This document shows, piece after piece, positions 45,667-54,742 of a stretch of DNA of 64,000 nucleotides (position 1 is the first letter of the stretch; the number at the start of each line of letters is the position of its first letter). Source of the DNA: Clostridia bacterium (lineage in GTDB: Bacteria > Bacillota > Clostridia > Oscillospirales > CAG-272); the NCBI GenBank assembly GCA_017502875.1, contig JAFVUF010000012.1:168952-232951 (forward strand). The letters are read 5' to 3'. The notes under the pieces were generated by a model that did no database searches, was not told where the DNA came from, and worked only from the letters and a program-made list of their open reading frames with translations. The position numbers and the translations under genes were made by a program.

Positions 45667-46944
45667 ATGAAAGCAACCTCTCTTTTAAACGAAATCAAAA
45701 GCGGCTCGCTTGACACCACTCTTGTCCGTCTCTACGGAAGCGCTCGCCTTGAAGCCCAGAAGGTAAGATACACCGAGGCTGTCGGGGAGTTCGTCGCCAT
45801 TTACGGAGACCTTGACGTCTCTGTTTTCTCAGTTCCGGGAAGAACCGAGGTTTCGGGTAACCACACCGACCACAATAAAGGCTGCGTTCTCGCGGCGGCG
45901 CTCGACCTCGATATCATAGCTATCGCAGCTAAGACCGACGATAAAATGATATCAATAAAGAGCAAGGGCTTTGACCGCGACGACGTTGATATAACCAACC
46001 TTAACCCCTCCGCCTACGCCGATTACGGCTCCGCGTCTATCATTGCGGGTATCTGCGACGGCTTTGCGAAAAGAGGCTTTGGCTACGGCGGCTTTAAGGC
46101 GTACACCACCTCTGATGTCTTCAAGGGAAGCGGTATCAGCTCGTCAGCCGCATTCGAGGTTCAAGTCTGCAATGTGATAAACCACTTCTATAACGATGGC
46201 AAGGTAGACGCCCCCGAGCTTGCTAAAATTTCTCAGTACGCCGAGAACGTTTTCTTCGGTAAGCCCTGCGGACTTATGGACCAGACCGCATGCGCCGTCG
46301 GGGGATTTGTCGCCATAGATTTTGCCGATCCGACAAAGCCCGTAATCGAGAAATTGAATTTTGACCTCGGAAAAGCGGGCTACTGCCTCTGTATCGTGAA
46401 CACGGGCGGAAACCACGCCGATCTCAACGAGGATTACGCCTCCGTTCCCGCTGAAATGAAGGCGGTGGCAAGAGAGCTTGGCAAGGAGGTTCTCCGCGGA
46501 CTAACCTATGACGATATCCTGAAAAAGATACCCGAGCTTCGCGCAAAGGTCGGAGACAGAGCTATTATGCGCGCTATCCACTTCGTCGAGGAGAATATTC
46601 GTGTCGCGGCGCAGAAGGAAGCGCTTATCAAGGGCGATACCGACGCCTTCTTTAAGGGGGTCTTAGCTTCGGGAGACAGCAGCTTTAAGCAGCTCCAGAA
46701 CGTCTATACCGTCAAAAACGTCGAGGAGCAGGGACTTTCACTTGCGCTTGCGCTTTGTAAGCACGTGCTTGACGGCAAGGGAGGCGCTTGGCGTGTTCAC
46801 GGAGGCGGCTTTGCGGGTACCGTACAGGCATTTGTTCCGTTTTCGGTTAAAGATGAATTCAGAGGCGTAATGGACGGCGTTTTCGGCGACGGCGCCTGCG
46901 CCGTACTCAATATTCGCCCCGAGGGAGCGATAAGAGTAAAATAA
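45667..46944 (+). CDS. galK: Galactokinase-family GHMP kinase
   Basis: GRTEVSGNHTDHN (GalK signature-like) and GSGISSSAAFE (GHMP ATP site); start at ATG 45667 with RBS AAAGGA; ATG 45640 is possible. Confidence 0.8.
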   Translation: MKATSLLNEIKSGSLDTTLVRLYGSARLEAQKVRYTEAVGEFVAIYGDLDVSVFSVPGRTEVSGNHTDHNKGCVLAAALDLDIIAIAAKTDDKMISIKSKGFDRDDVDITNLNPSAYADYGSASIIAGICDGFAKRGFGYGGFKAYTTSDVFKGSGISSSAAFEVQVCNVINHFYNDGKVDAPELAKISQYAENVFFGKPCGLMDQTACAVGGFVAIDFADPTKPVIEKLNFDLGKAGYCLCIVNTGGNHADLNEDYASVPAEMKAVARELGKEVLRGLTYDDILKKIPELRAKVGDRAIMRAIHFVEENIRVAAQKEALIKGDTDAFFKGVLASGDSSFKQLQNVYTVKNVEEQGLSLALALCKHVLDGKGGAWRVHGGGFAGTVQAFVPFSVKDEFRGVMDGVFGDGACAVLNIRPEGAIRVK

Positions 46945-46963
46945 GTTCCGCCCCCAAAAGAGT

Positions 46964-47075
46964 TTTCCGGCTTTCTTGAAAGAAAGCCTCGGCAAAGAAC
47001 TTCATTTACGCCGATAGCCGTTTGTTTTGCTTAAATTTCAGTCTCTTACTCCAAACGGCTATCACCGTAAATAAT
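46964..47075 (+). repeat. Family-B-like repeat B18 (variant head), head-first; ~20 nt after the galK stop
   Basis: TTTTCCGGCTTTCTTGAAAGAAAGCCTCGGCAAAGAACTTCATTTACGCCGATAGCCGTTTG..CAAACGGCTATCACCGTAAATAAT. Confidence 0.8.
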
Positions 47076-47187
47076 TCTCTTTGATATCTCTATCAAAATA
47101 GCGGAAGCCCCTTGCGGTAGAATTTATATTCCTATATCTCCAAAACAAAATGCCCTACGGCATAAAAACCATCGAACAGGGATAACT

Positions 47188-47985
47188 ATGTCAAAGCCAC
47201 TTATTGTTTCTCTCGCCTCGGGCTCAAAGGCTAACTGCACGCTCGTAAGCGACGGAAAAACTCATATTCTTATAGATTTCGGTCTGTCCTGCCGCAAGGT
47301 TAAGCAGTCCTTGAAGGATTACGGGTTAGATTTAAGCAACGTAAGCGCCGTTTTTATCACCCACGAGCATTGCGACCACGTGGCAGGTCTGCCCACGTTT
47401 TTTAAAAATTACGACGTACCCGTCTACATAACTGAGCCGTCATATCTCGACTACATTCGAGGCAAGGGCTTTGAGTTTCGCTCTCGCTTCACAGTTGTCA
47501 GCGAGACCTTTTCCGTCTCCGTAGACAAAATCCGCGTTTGCTCAATGCCGGTTCGCCACGATAGCGCCGCTTGCGTTGCGTATAAGCTGTCGGGAGATGG
47601 CATTTCACTTGGAATTTGCACCGACGTCGGCTCGCCCACAGAGGAGCTTTTTGCCTTTTTCAAGGATTGCGGGTGCGTTATAACCGAGTCTAACTACGAC
47701 GAGAAAATGCTCCGCTGCGGTATCTATCCGCAGGAGTTAAAGTACAGAATAATGTCCCAAAGCGGTCATACCTCAAACGATGACTGCGCCCGTTTCGTTG
47801 CCCGTCTGGCAAAAAATGGAGTGAAAAACGTGCTGCTTGCGCATATCAGCCCCGAAAACAACACCCCCGAGCTTGCAGTTTACGTTACCGCCGAGGCGCT
47901 GCGGGATAACGGCGTGTCGCTTGATTTCCTTGCCGCCGCGCCAAGAGACGGAGCGATAGCGTTTCCGCCCGTCGTAAACGACTGA
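47188..47985 (+). CDS. MBL-fold metallo-hydrolase (YycJ/WalJ-like)
   Basis: HEHCDH motif; adjacent to rlmH as in Bacillus yycJ-rlmH. Confidence 0.8.
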   Translation: MSKPLIVSLASGSKANCTLVSDGKTHILIDFGLSCRKVKQSLKDYGLDLSNVSAVFITHEHCDHVAGLPTFFKNYDVPVYITEPSYLDYIRGKGFEFRSRFTVVSETFSVSVDKIRVCSMPVRHDSAACVAYKLSGDGISLGICTDVGSPTEELFAFFKDCGCVITESNYDEKMLRCGIYPQELKYRIMSQSGHTSNDDCARFVARLAKNGVKNVLLAHISPENNTPELAVYVTAEALRDNGVSLDFLAAAPRDGAIAFPPVVND

Positions 47986-48012
47986 AAATTGACAAAAAAG
48001 GGAGAGCGCTTT

Positions 48013-48438
48013 ATGCTTAACGTAAAAATCGTATGCGTCGGAACGCTGCGCGAGGCGTTTCTTCGCGACGCGGTAAAGGAGTACGAAAAACGCCTGCAAG
48101 CCTACTGTAAGCTTACAACAGTTGAGCTTAAAGAGGATAGCAAGCTGCCGAGCGCCGTTGAGGGAAAGGGCTATAAAATCGCGCTTTGTGTGGAGGGCAA
48201 GCAGCTTTCCTCGCCTGAGCTTGCCGAGCTTATAGAAAGCGGTACGGTAACGGGACAGGGCAACCTCACGCTCGTCATCGGAGGCGCTGACGGACTGCCC
48301 GAGGGCGTTAAGGCGATGTGCGATTACCGACTTTCCTTTTCAAAAATGACCTTCCCCCACCAGCTTATGCGCGTTATTCTGCTCGAACAGCTCTACCGCG
48401 CCCTCAATATCCTAAACGGCGGTCATTATCATCATTAA
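48013..48438 (+). CDS. rlmH: 23S rRNA (pseudouridine1915-N3)-methyltransferase RlmH
   Basis: SPOUT-family RlmH pattern (LVIGGADGLPE.., SFSKMTFPHQLMRVILLEQLYRA); start at ATG 48013 (RBS GGGAGAG). Confidence 0.88.
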   Translation: MLNVKIVCVGTLREAFLRDAVKEYEKRLQAYCKLTTVELKEDSKLPSAVEGKGYKIALCVEGKQLSSPELAELIESGTVTGQGNLTLVIGGADGLPEGVKAMCDYRLSFSKMTFPHQLMRVILLEQLYRALNILNGGHYHH

Positions 48439-48451
48439 ATTCCAAGCACAA

Positions 48452-48535
48452 GGAGAGATACGCGCTTTCTTGAAAGAAAGCTGCGCAAAGAACTCTCTTA
48501 CCGCGACAGCAGGAGCTATCGCGGTAAGAGATAAC
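48452..48535 (+). repeat. Family-B repeat B19, head-first; ~14 nt after the rlmH stop
   Basis: GGAGAGATACGCGCTTTCTTGAAAGAAAGCTGCGCAAAGAACTCTCTTACCGCGACAGC..GCTATCGCGGTAAGAGATAAC. Confidence 0.9.
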
Positions 48536-48689
48536 TCTGTGTATCTCCTTTGAGGAAACTCGGACACTCCTGCCGCTAAACATACTTTTGATATAACCCG
48601 TAATCGATAAAATTAATAAAAATAGGACGTACAGGTTCTTCATTTGGAAAGAAAAACGTCCTTTTAGAAAGAAGTTATCGAAAATTTTT

Positions 48690-48768
48690 ATTAAACCCAA
48701 CTCCTTTTTGAGGGGTTGGGTTTAATACAGAAGCTTTTGCGCAGCTTTTCTCGAAAAGCGCGTATCTC
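48690..48768 (-). repeat. Family-B repeat B20, tail-first; head ~23 nt before the mnmG start
   Basis: Hairpin AAACCCAACTCC..GGGGTTGGGTTT then AATACAGAAGCTTTTGCGCAGCTTTTCTCGAAAAGCGCGTATCTC. Confidence 0.88.
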
Positions 48769-48790
48769 TTTTCAACCGGAAGGAACACAA

Positions 48791-50788
48791 ATGAACGAAT
48801 TTGTAGCAGAGAAGGCGGATATCGCCGTAATAGGAGCAGGCCACGCGGGCGTGGAGGCGGCGCTTGCGAGCGCGAGAATGGGTTTAAAGACCATACTTTT
48901 CACGTTAAGCCTTGACCAGATAGCGAACATGCCCTGCAACCCGTCGATAGGCGGCACAGGCAAGGGACACCTCGTTTACGAGATTGACGCGCTGGGCGGA
49001 GAAATGGGCAGAGCAGCCGACCTTGTAACCATGCAGAGCCGCACCCTGAACCTCGGAAAAGGCCCTGCGGTCCACAGCAAGCGTATCCAGGCAGACCGTA
49101 TGCTCTACCACTCGGTAATGAAGAAAACGCTTGAGGACTGTGAAAACCTGCGGATTATTCAGTCCGAGGTAACCGATTTAGAGGTAACTGACGGCGCTCT
49201 TTCTGCGGTCATCACCCGTCTCAAAGCCAAATACGAGGTCAAGGCGGCGATAATCTGCTCCGGCACATATCTGCGCGGCAGAGTTATAATCGGCGACACG
49301 GCGTACGCCTCCGGGCCTGACGGCTCTCTCCCCTCAGTCGGCTTAAACGAGCGCCTTAGCGAGCTTGGAATTAAGCTTCTCCGCTTTAAGACGGGAACTC
49401 CGCCCCGTATCCACCGCCGTTCAATCGACTTTTCAAGGCTTGAGCGTCAGGACGGCGAGACGGACGTTACGCCATATTCTTACCGTTCCGTCGCACCCGG
49501 TCGTAGCGACGACACCGATAATTACGATGTTTCCACTGATTTTTCAGCTATTGAGGACATTCAAAAAAACGTTTCAATCGCACCCACAAATGAGATTTCT
49601 AATAAAAATCAACCTAATCTCTTCACTCGCCAGACTCCTTGCTACATCGCATATACAAACGAGCGCACCCACGAGATAATCAGACAAAACCTCCACCGTT
49701 CTCCCCTTTACAGCGGAATGATAGAGGGAACCGGACCCCGCTACTGTCCGAGCATTGAGGACAAGGTCGTCCGCTTCTCCGACAAGCCCCGACACCAGCT
49801 TTTTGCCGAGCCGATGGGCTACGACACCGACGAAATCTATCTGCAAGGCTTCAGCTCCTCGCTTCCCGCCGAGGTTCAGCTTGAAATGCTGCACTCCATT
49901 GAGGGCTTCGAAAACGCCGAGGTAATGCGTTTCGCCTACGCCATAGAGTACGACTGCATAGACCCCTCGCAGCTTCTCCCTACGCTCGAATTTAAGGCCA
50001 TCTCAGGTCTATACGGCGCAGGACAGTTCAACGGCACCTCAGGCTACGAGGAAGCGGCGGCGCAGGGACTTATCGCGGGCATAAACGCCGCCTATAAGAT
50101 AAAGGGCGAGCCTCCACTTACTCTCAGCCGTGATAGCAGCTACATCGGAACGCTTATCGACGACATCGTTACCAAGGGCACAAACGAGCCGTACAGAATA
50201 ATGACCTCGCGCTCCGAATACAGACTGCTGCTGCGCCAGAGCAACGCGGCGTTTCGCCTGATGGACGAGGGCAGACGCAGCGGACTGATAAGCAAAGAGC
50301 GCTACGCAAGACTAATTGAGCTAAAAGAGCAGATAAACGCCGAGATTAAGCGTGTTAAAGCCAAAACCGTCGCCCCAAGCGAGAGCTTAAACGCGATCCT
50401 CACCGCCTGCGGCACGACGCCGATAAGCACAGGAGTAAGGCTCAGCGAGCTTATAAAGCGCCCACAGCTCTCATACGAGGCGCTCAGAGAGATTGACGAC
50501 ACATACCTATCCCTTGATAAAACGGTGCGTACAGAGGCTGAAATAATGCTAAAATACGACGGCTACATCGCGCGTCAAATAGAGGACGCGCAGAAAATGG
50601 AAAAGCTTGAAGCAAAGCTTCTTCCGACCGATATCGATTACGAGAAGATAACCGGACTTCGCCTTGAAGCAAGACAGAAGCTGAGTAAGGTTCGCCCGAT
50701 GAATATAGGTCAGGCGAGCCGAATAAGCGGAGTTTCGCCTGCGGACATATCGGTACTAATGATATATTTAAAGGTAAATAAGCTTTAA
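48791..50788 (+). CDS. mnmG: tRNA uridine 5-carboxymethylaminomethyl modification enzyme MnmG (GidA)
   Basis: FAD site VIGAGHAGVEAA, GPRYCPSIEDK; start trimmed to MNEFVAEK (ATG 48791); carries an extra segment between TPYSY and TPCYIAYTNE. Confidence 0.95.
   Translation: MNEFVAEKADIAVIGAGHAGVEAALASARMGLKTILFTLSLDQIANMPCNPSIGGTGKGHLVYEIDALGGEMGRAADLVTMQSRTLNLGKGPAVHSKRIQADRMLYHSVMKKTLEDCENLRIIQSEVTDLEVTDGALSAVITRLKAKYEVKAAIICSGTYLRGRVIIGDTAYASGPDGSLPSVGLNERLSELGIKLLRFKTGTPPRIHRRSIDFSRLERQDGETDVTPYSYRSVAPGRSDDTDNYDVSTDFSAIEDIQKNVSIAPTNEISNKNQPNLFTRQTPCYIAYTNERTHEIIRQNLHRSPLYSGMIEGTGPRYCPSIEDKVVRFSDKPRHQLFAEPMGYDTDEIYLQGFSSSLPAEVQLEMLHSIEGFENAEVMRFAYAIEYDCIDPSQLLPTLEFKAISGLYGAGQFNGTSGYEEAAAQGLIAGINAAYKIKGEPPLTLSRDSSYIGTLIDDIVTKGTNEPYRIMTSRSEYRLLLRQSNAAFRLMDEGRRSGLISKERYARLIELKEQINAEIKRVKAKTVAPSESLNAILTACGTTPISTGVRLSELIKRPQLSYEALREIDDTYLSLDKTVRTEAEIMLKYDGYIARQIEDAQKMEKLEAKLLPTDIDYEKITGLRLEARQKLSKVRPMNIGQASRISGVSPADISVLMIYLKVNKL
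49491..49585 (+). repeat. Family-C intragenic element, in-frame inside mnmG (87 nt plus an 8-nt direct repeat)
   Basis: TCGCACCC [GGTCGTAGCGACGACACCGATAATTACGATGTTTCCACTGATTTTTCAGCTATTGAGGACATTCAAAAAAACGTTTCAA TCGCACCC]; bracketed part = 87 nt = 29 codons. Confidence 0.85.
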
Positions 50789-50820
50789 TCCTCAATGGCA
50801 ACATAACACCAAAATCCCAA

Positions 50821-51579
50821 ATGGAGCAATATATGTCTACTTTTAACAACACATTGCTTGAAGTTTTAGAATTAAACGGCATGTCCGATTTTAGCAGTCG
50901 AGCCGATAAGCTTGAAGCGCTCTATAAAGCTCTGGTTGAGACCAACAAGCTCTACAATCTGACCGCTGTAACCGACGAGCTTGGCGTTTCGGCTCTGCAT
51001 TTTGCCGACAGCCTGATGGCAATGCCGTATATCTACGAATTTATAGGTAAAAATGGCGAGCTTAGCGGTAAAAAAGCGCTTGATATTGGCTGCGGAGCAG
51101 GGTTTCCGTGCCTCCCCATCGCTATTTCAGCCCCGGAAATGACCGTTAACGGCGTTGACAGCACCGCAAAAAAGGTTGATTTTTCAAATAAATTCGCCGC
51201 TTCAATCGGTCTTGACGGATTTTCTTCCATAGCAGCAAGAGCCGAGGAGCTTGCCGGAACCGAAATGCGTGAGACCTATGACTTCGTTACCGCGAGAGCA
51301 GTTTCAAGACTGAACGTTCTATGTGAGCTTGCGCTTCCGTTTGTAAAGGAAGGCGGGTATTTCCTCGCTATGAAGGGCTCAAAAGGCGCAGAGGAATACG
51401 AGGAAGCCAAAAACGGCATAGAAATATTGGGCGGAAAGCTGATAAGACTCGATGAAAAAGAGCTTATACTTCCTTCAGAAGCTCAAAAAAGAACCCTTAT
51501 TTTGATAAAAAAGGTTCGTTCAACCGATAAAAAGTACCCGAGAATGTATTCAAAAATAGTGAAATCACCACTAAAATAA
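50821..51579 (+). CDS. rsmG: 16S rRNA (guanine527-N7)-methyltransferase RsmG (GidB)
   Basis: SAM-MTase motif LDIGCGAGFPCLPIAI; conserved position after mnmG. Confidence 0.9.
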   Translation: MEQYMSTFNNTLLEVLELNGMSDFSSRADKLEALYKALVETNKLYNLTAVTDELGVSALHFADSLMAMPYIYEFIGKNGELSGKKALDIGCGAGFPCLPIAISAPEMTVNGVDSTAKKVDFSNKFAASIGLDGFSSIAARAEELAGTEMRETYDFVTARAVSRLNVLCELALPFVKEGGYFLAMKGSKGAEEYEEAKNGIEILGGKLIRLDEKELILPSEAQKRTLILIKKVRSTDKKYPRMYSKIVKSPLK

Positions 51580-51724
51580 GCTTTACAGGTAAAATTGTTA
51601 CGAAACTTCTACAAGCTGTCGTTAAAGCGCGCGTACTCATAAAACAACCGAGTTTTCAACGCAAAATCCGCATATAAAGCTTAAATAGCGATAATTTTAA
51701 ACAGTAAATAATTAAATATCCCCG

Positions 51725-51752
51725 AAAACGCCGTAAATCTACGGCGTTTTTC
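51725..51752 (+). terminator. Intrinsic terminator
   Basis: AAAACGCCGTA AATC TACGGCGTTTT followed by TCG; T-run is part of the stem end. Confidence 0.6.
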
Positions 51753-51816
51753 GCTTGTAAATTCAAATAAAAGATGGTAAAATAACACCAAAAGGAATAG
51801 AAAAGAGGGGAATATT

Positions 51817-52650
51817 ATGGTTACTGAAGCAAAAATAAAGGAAATTTATCAAACAAGTGAGATAATTTGGGTTAAAACAGAGACGATAATGCCAAACCGA
51901 GCGCAGCCCAGAACGGTTTTTGACGCGGAAGGTCTGAACGAGCTTGCAGAAAGCATAAAAAAATACGGGATTTTACAGCCGCTTACAGTCAGAACAAACC
52001 CTGAAAAGTCGCAATTTTCGCATTTTCAGTATGAATTGATAGCTGGAGAGCGCAGATTAAGGGCGTCAAAGCTCCTCGGACTTGATAAAGTCCCCTGTGT
52101 AGTAATCGAAAGCGACACAAAAACGTCGGCGGCGCTGGCTATAATTGAAAATCTGCACAGAAAAGACCTTGGTATCTTCGAGGAGGCTTCGGCAATAGCG
52201 TCGCTAATCGAAATACATAAGCTAACCCAAGAGCAAATCGCCTCCAAGCTTTCTCTAACACAGGCGGCGGTAGCGAATAAGCTCAGACTTTTAAGGCTGA
52301 CAGAAGAGGAAAAAGAGGTAATTTCGACAAATAACCTGACAGAACGCCATGCCAGAGCGCTTTTAAGGCTAAAAAACCCGTCTATGCGGCTCGCGGTACT
52401 TAATCACATAGTACGAAACAACCTTAACGTAAAGCAATCCGAGGACTATATCGAAAAAAAGCTTCAGCCGGCAATGGAAACGGATTTGCCGCAGAAAAAG
52501 CTCCGTGATCCCGCAATAGAACGCAAAAGCCTGATAAGTTCAATTAAAAAAGCGATTGAAGCAACCCGCACATGCGGAATAAGGGTAAAAACCCAGCAAA
52601 CCGAGACAGACAGCGACATTGTTTTAACTATTTCAATACCCAAATCCTGA
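51817..52650 (+). CDS. ParB-family protein, Noc-like paralog
   Basis: 277 aa; ParB N-domain (GILQPLTVR, LIAGERRLRASKL), HTH; position between rsmG and parA matches Noc of Bacilli, but function is not shown. Confidence 0.75.
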   Translation: MVTEAKIKEIYQTSEIIWVKTETIMPNRAQPRTVFDAEGLNELAESIKKYGILQPLTVRTNPEKSQFSHFQYELIAGERRLRASKLLGLDKVPCVVIESDTKTSAALAIIENLHRKDLGIFEEASAIASLIEIHKLTQEQIASKLSLTQAAVANKLRLLRLTEEEKEVISTNNLTERHARALLRLKNPSMRLAVLNHIVRNNLNVKQSEDYIEKKLQPAMETDLPQKKLRDPAIERKSLISSIKKAIEATRTCGIRVKTQQTETDSDIVLTISIPKS

Positions 52651-52691
52651 AAAGCGGTCATGTTTTACTAAAACACAGAGCTAAACATAAG

Positions 52692-52707
52692 TGTTTCACG
52701 TGAAACA
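52692..52707. promoter_or_regulatory. parS site 1
   Basis: Perfect 16-bp palindrome TGTTTCACGTGAAACA (Firmicute parS consensus TGTTNCACGTGAAACA). Confidence 0.9.
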
Positions 52708-52755
52708 TACCCTTAAACTAAATCACATAGCTGAAATTTATGTTAGCAACGCAAG

Positions 52756-52771
52756 TGTTTCACGTGAAACA
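52756..52771. promoter_or_regulatory. parS site 2
   Basis: TGTTTCACGTGAAACA within the extended palindrome GCAAGTGTTTCACGTGAAACACTTGC. Confidence 0.9.
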
Positions 52772-52870
52772 CTTGCGTTTTGATTTTAGAGGAAAATAGA
52801 AACTTTCGTCTTATCGGTAGCTTGCTTAAACAAATTTTTACATATTTATATAATAATTTGCGCAAAATTA

Positions 52871-52899
52871 TTGACAAGAACCCTCAAAACTGATATAAT
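52871..52899 (+). promoter_or_regulatory. Consensus sigma-A promoter of parA-parB
   Basis: TTGACA, 17-nt spacer, TATAAT (perfect consensus hexamers). Confidence 0.7.
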
Positions 52900-52963
52900 G
52901 TTCTTACATCGATTACCCATCGTAATGCCGCTGCTTGCTCAGCGGAGAAAGGAACCGTTATTG

Positions 52964-53734
52964 ATGATAATTTCAATCACTAATCAGAAGGGCGGAGTTG
53001 GAAAAACCACGACGGCTGTCAATGTTGCCGCAACCGTAGCGGCGCTGGACAAAAGGGTTCTTCTTATAGACCTCGACCCCCAGGGCAACGCTTCGACGGG
53101 CGTAGGCTTCATGGACCGCGCTTCTCTAAACTCCAGCTATAACGTTATCACCGAAAATCTTCCTATAACCGACGCGATTTATCACACGGAGTTTAAAAAC
53201 CTCGATATTGTACCCTCGGCAAACCATTTGGCTGCCGCGGAGCTTGAAATCGCGGATTTTGATGCCCGTGAACGTATACTCAAGGGCGCAATTTCAGTCA
53301 TCAAGGATAGGTATGACTACATATTTATCGACTGTCCGCCAGCCCTCGGACTCCTTACCATAAACGCTCTTGTCGCAAGCGACGGGGTGATAATCCCTTG
53401 TCCGTGCGAATTTTACGCGCTTGAAGGGCTTGTTCAGCTCACTAACACCGTTGAGAGCATAAAGGAATACCACAATCCCAAGCTTGAAATTATTGGTGTT
53501 CTTGTAACAATGTATAACAGCAGACTGAACATTTCGCAATCAATAATGAACGACCTACGCGGATATTTTGGCAATCTTCTGTTCAAAACAACCGTTGTTC
53601 GAAACGTCAGATTAGCGGAAGCCCCTTCGTACGGCACACCGGTGCTTTACCTCGACAAATTTTCCAAAGGCGCTCAGAACTACATTTCAGTAACAAAAGA
53701 GCTTATTGAGCGTGTCGAGCACCAAAATTACTAA
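52964..53734 (+). CDS. soj: Chromosome partitioning ATPase ParA/Soj
   Basis: Deviant Walker A NQKGGVGKTT; start trimmed to MIISITNQ (ATG 52964). Confidence 0.93.
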   Translation: MIISITNQKGGVGKTTTAVNVAATVAALDKRVLLIDLDPQGNASTGVGFMDRASLNSSYNVITENLPITDAIYHTEFKNLDIVPSANHLAAAELEIADFDARERILKGAISVIKDRYDYIFIDCPPALGLLTINALVASDGVIIPCPCEFYALEGLVQLTNTVESIKEYHNPKLEIIGVLVTMYNSRLNISQSIMNDLRGYFGNLLFKTTVVRNVRLAEAPSYGTPVLYLDKFSKGAQNYISVTKELIERVEHQNY

Positions 53735-53744
53735 AATCAGCGTA

Positions 53745-53760
53745 TGTTTCACGTGAAACA
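53745..53760. promoter_or_regulatory. parS site 3 (between parA and parB)
   Basis: TGTTTCACGTGAAACA. Confidence 0.9.
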
Positions 53761-53791
53761 TTGCATTTTGTAGAAAGGAACGGTAACAAAA

Positions 53792-54673
53792 ATGATAAAT
53801 AAAGGACAAGCCAAAGGCTTAGACGCGCTTTTTAAGACACAGGGCGTCAGAAAACAGGACAGCGACTCGGTAAAATCCCTCCGTATCTCCGAGCTTGAGC
53901 CAAGAAAAGACCAGCCAAGACGTATTTTCGACGAAACCGCCTTAAATCAGCTTGCTGATTCAATAAAATCCAACGGTGTTCTTCAACCTATTCTTGTAAC
54001 CAAGCAGCCGAACGGTTTTTATAGCATAGTTGCCGGTGAGCGCCGTTACAGAGCGTCTAAAATCGCGGGGCTTACCGAGGTTCCCGCGCTTATTATCGAC
54101 GCGGACGAGAAGAAAATTGCCGAAATCGCGCTTATTGAAAATCTTCAAAGAGAGGATTTAAACCCAATTGAAGAAGCCGCGGCATATCGTTCACTCATGA
54201 AAGAGCATGAAATGACTCAGGAGGAGCTTTCGCAGCGAGTTGGAAAAAGCAGAAGCGCTATCGCAAACAGCACCAGACTTCTTGAGCTTCCCGATGAGGT
54301 TACCGAAATGGTCATCGAGGGCGTTTTAAGCGCTGGACACGCCAGAACTCTTCTCGGACTCACCAAATCCGATGATATTTTAAAAGCGGCGCAGGCCGTA
54401 GTAACCCGTGAGCTTTCAGTCAGAGCCACCGAGGCGCTTGTAAAAACCCTCAATTCAGCCGCCGCAAAGGCAGAAAACGAGCAAATTCCTGAGAAAATCA
54501 AGGTAAATTATTGTGCGGAGCTTGAAAAGAGAGTTGAGGACGCAATTGGCAGAAAAGTCAAAATCACATCAAGAGGCTCGGCAAAGAGAATTGAAATATC
54601 ATTTTCATCCAACGAGGACCTTGAAGAGCTGCTCAAGCTGCTCTGCGGCCAGGAATTCTTCGAGGATATCTAA
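53792..54673 (+). CDS. spo0J: Chromosome partitioning protein ParB/Spo0J
   Basis: ParB box GVLQPILV, VAGERRYRASK, HTH region, C-terminal dimerisation domain. Confidence 0.93.
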   Translation: MINKGQAKGLDALFKTQGVRKQDSDSVKSLRISELEPRKDQPRRIFDETALNQLADSIKSNGVLQPILVTKQPNGFYSIVAGERRYRASKIAGLTEVPALIIDADEKKIAEIALIENLQREDLNPIEEAAAYRSLMKEHEMTQEELSQRVGKSRSAIANSTRLLELPDEVTEMVIEGVLSAGHARTLLGLTKSDDILKAAQAVVTRELSVRATEALVKTLNSAAAKAENEQIPEKIKVNYCAELEKRVEDAIGRKVKITSRGSAKRIEISFSSNEDLEELLKLLCGQEFFEDI

Positions 54674-54742
54674 TAATACATTCTTCAGCAACTTCTTCCA
54701 TAAAGAAAGTGGCATAATATATAAATAGGAAGGCAATTACAA

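Noticed and set aside
49491-49585. Family-C units interpreted as inteins, group I/II introns or self-cleaving ribozymes.
   Set aside because: At 87 nt (29 codons) they are far too short for inteins or self-splicing introns. I could not find hammerhead-type conserved cores (CUGAUGA..GAAA). Retention as translated sequence, as in RPEs, is the simpler reading, although RNA-level removal is untested.
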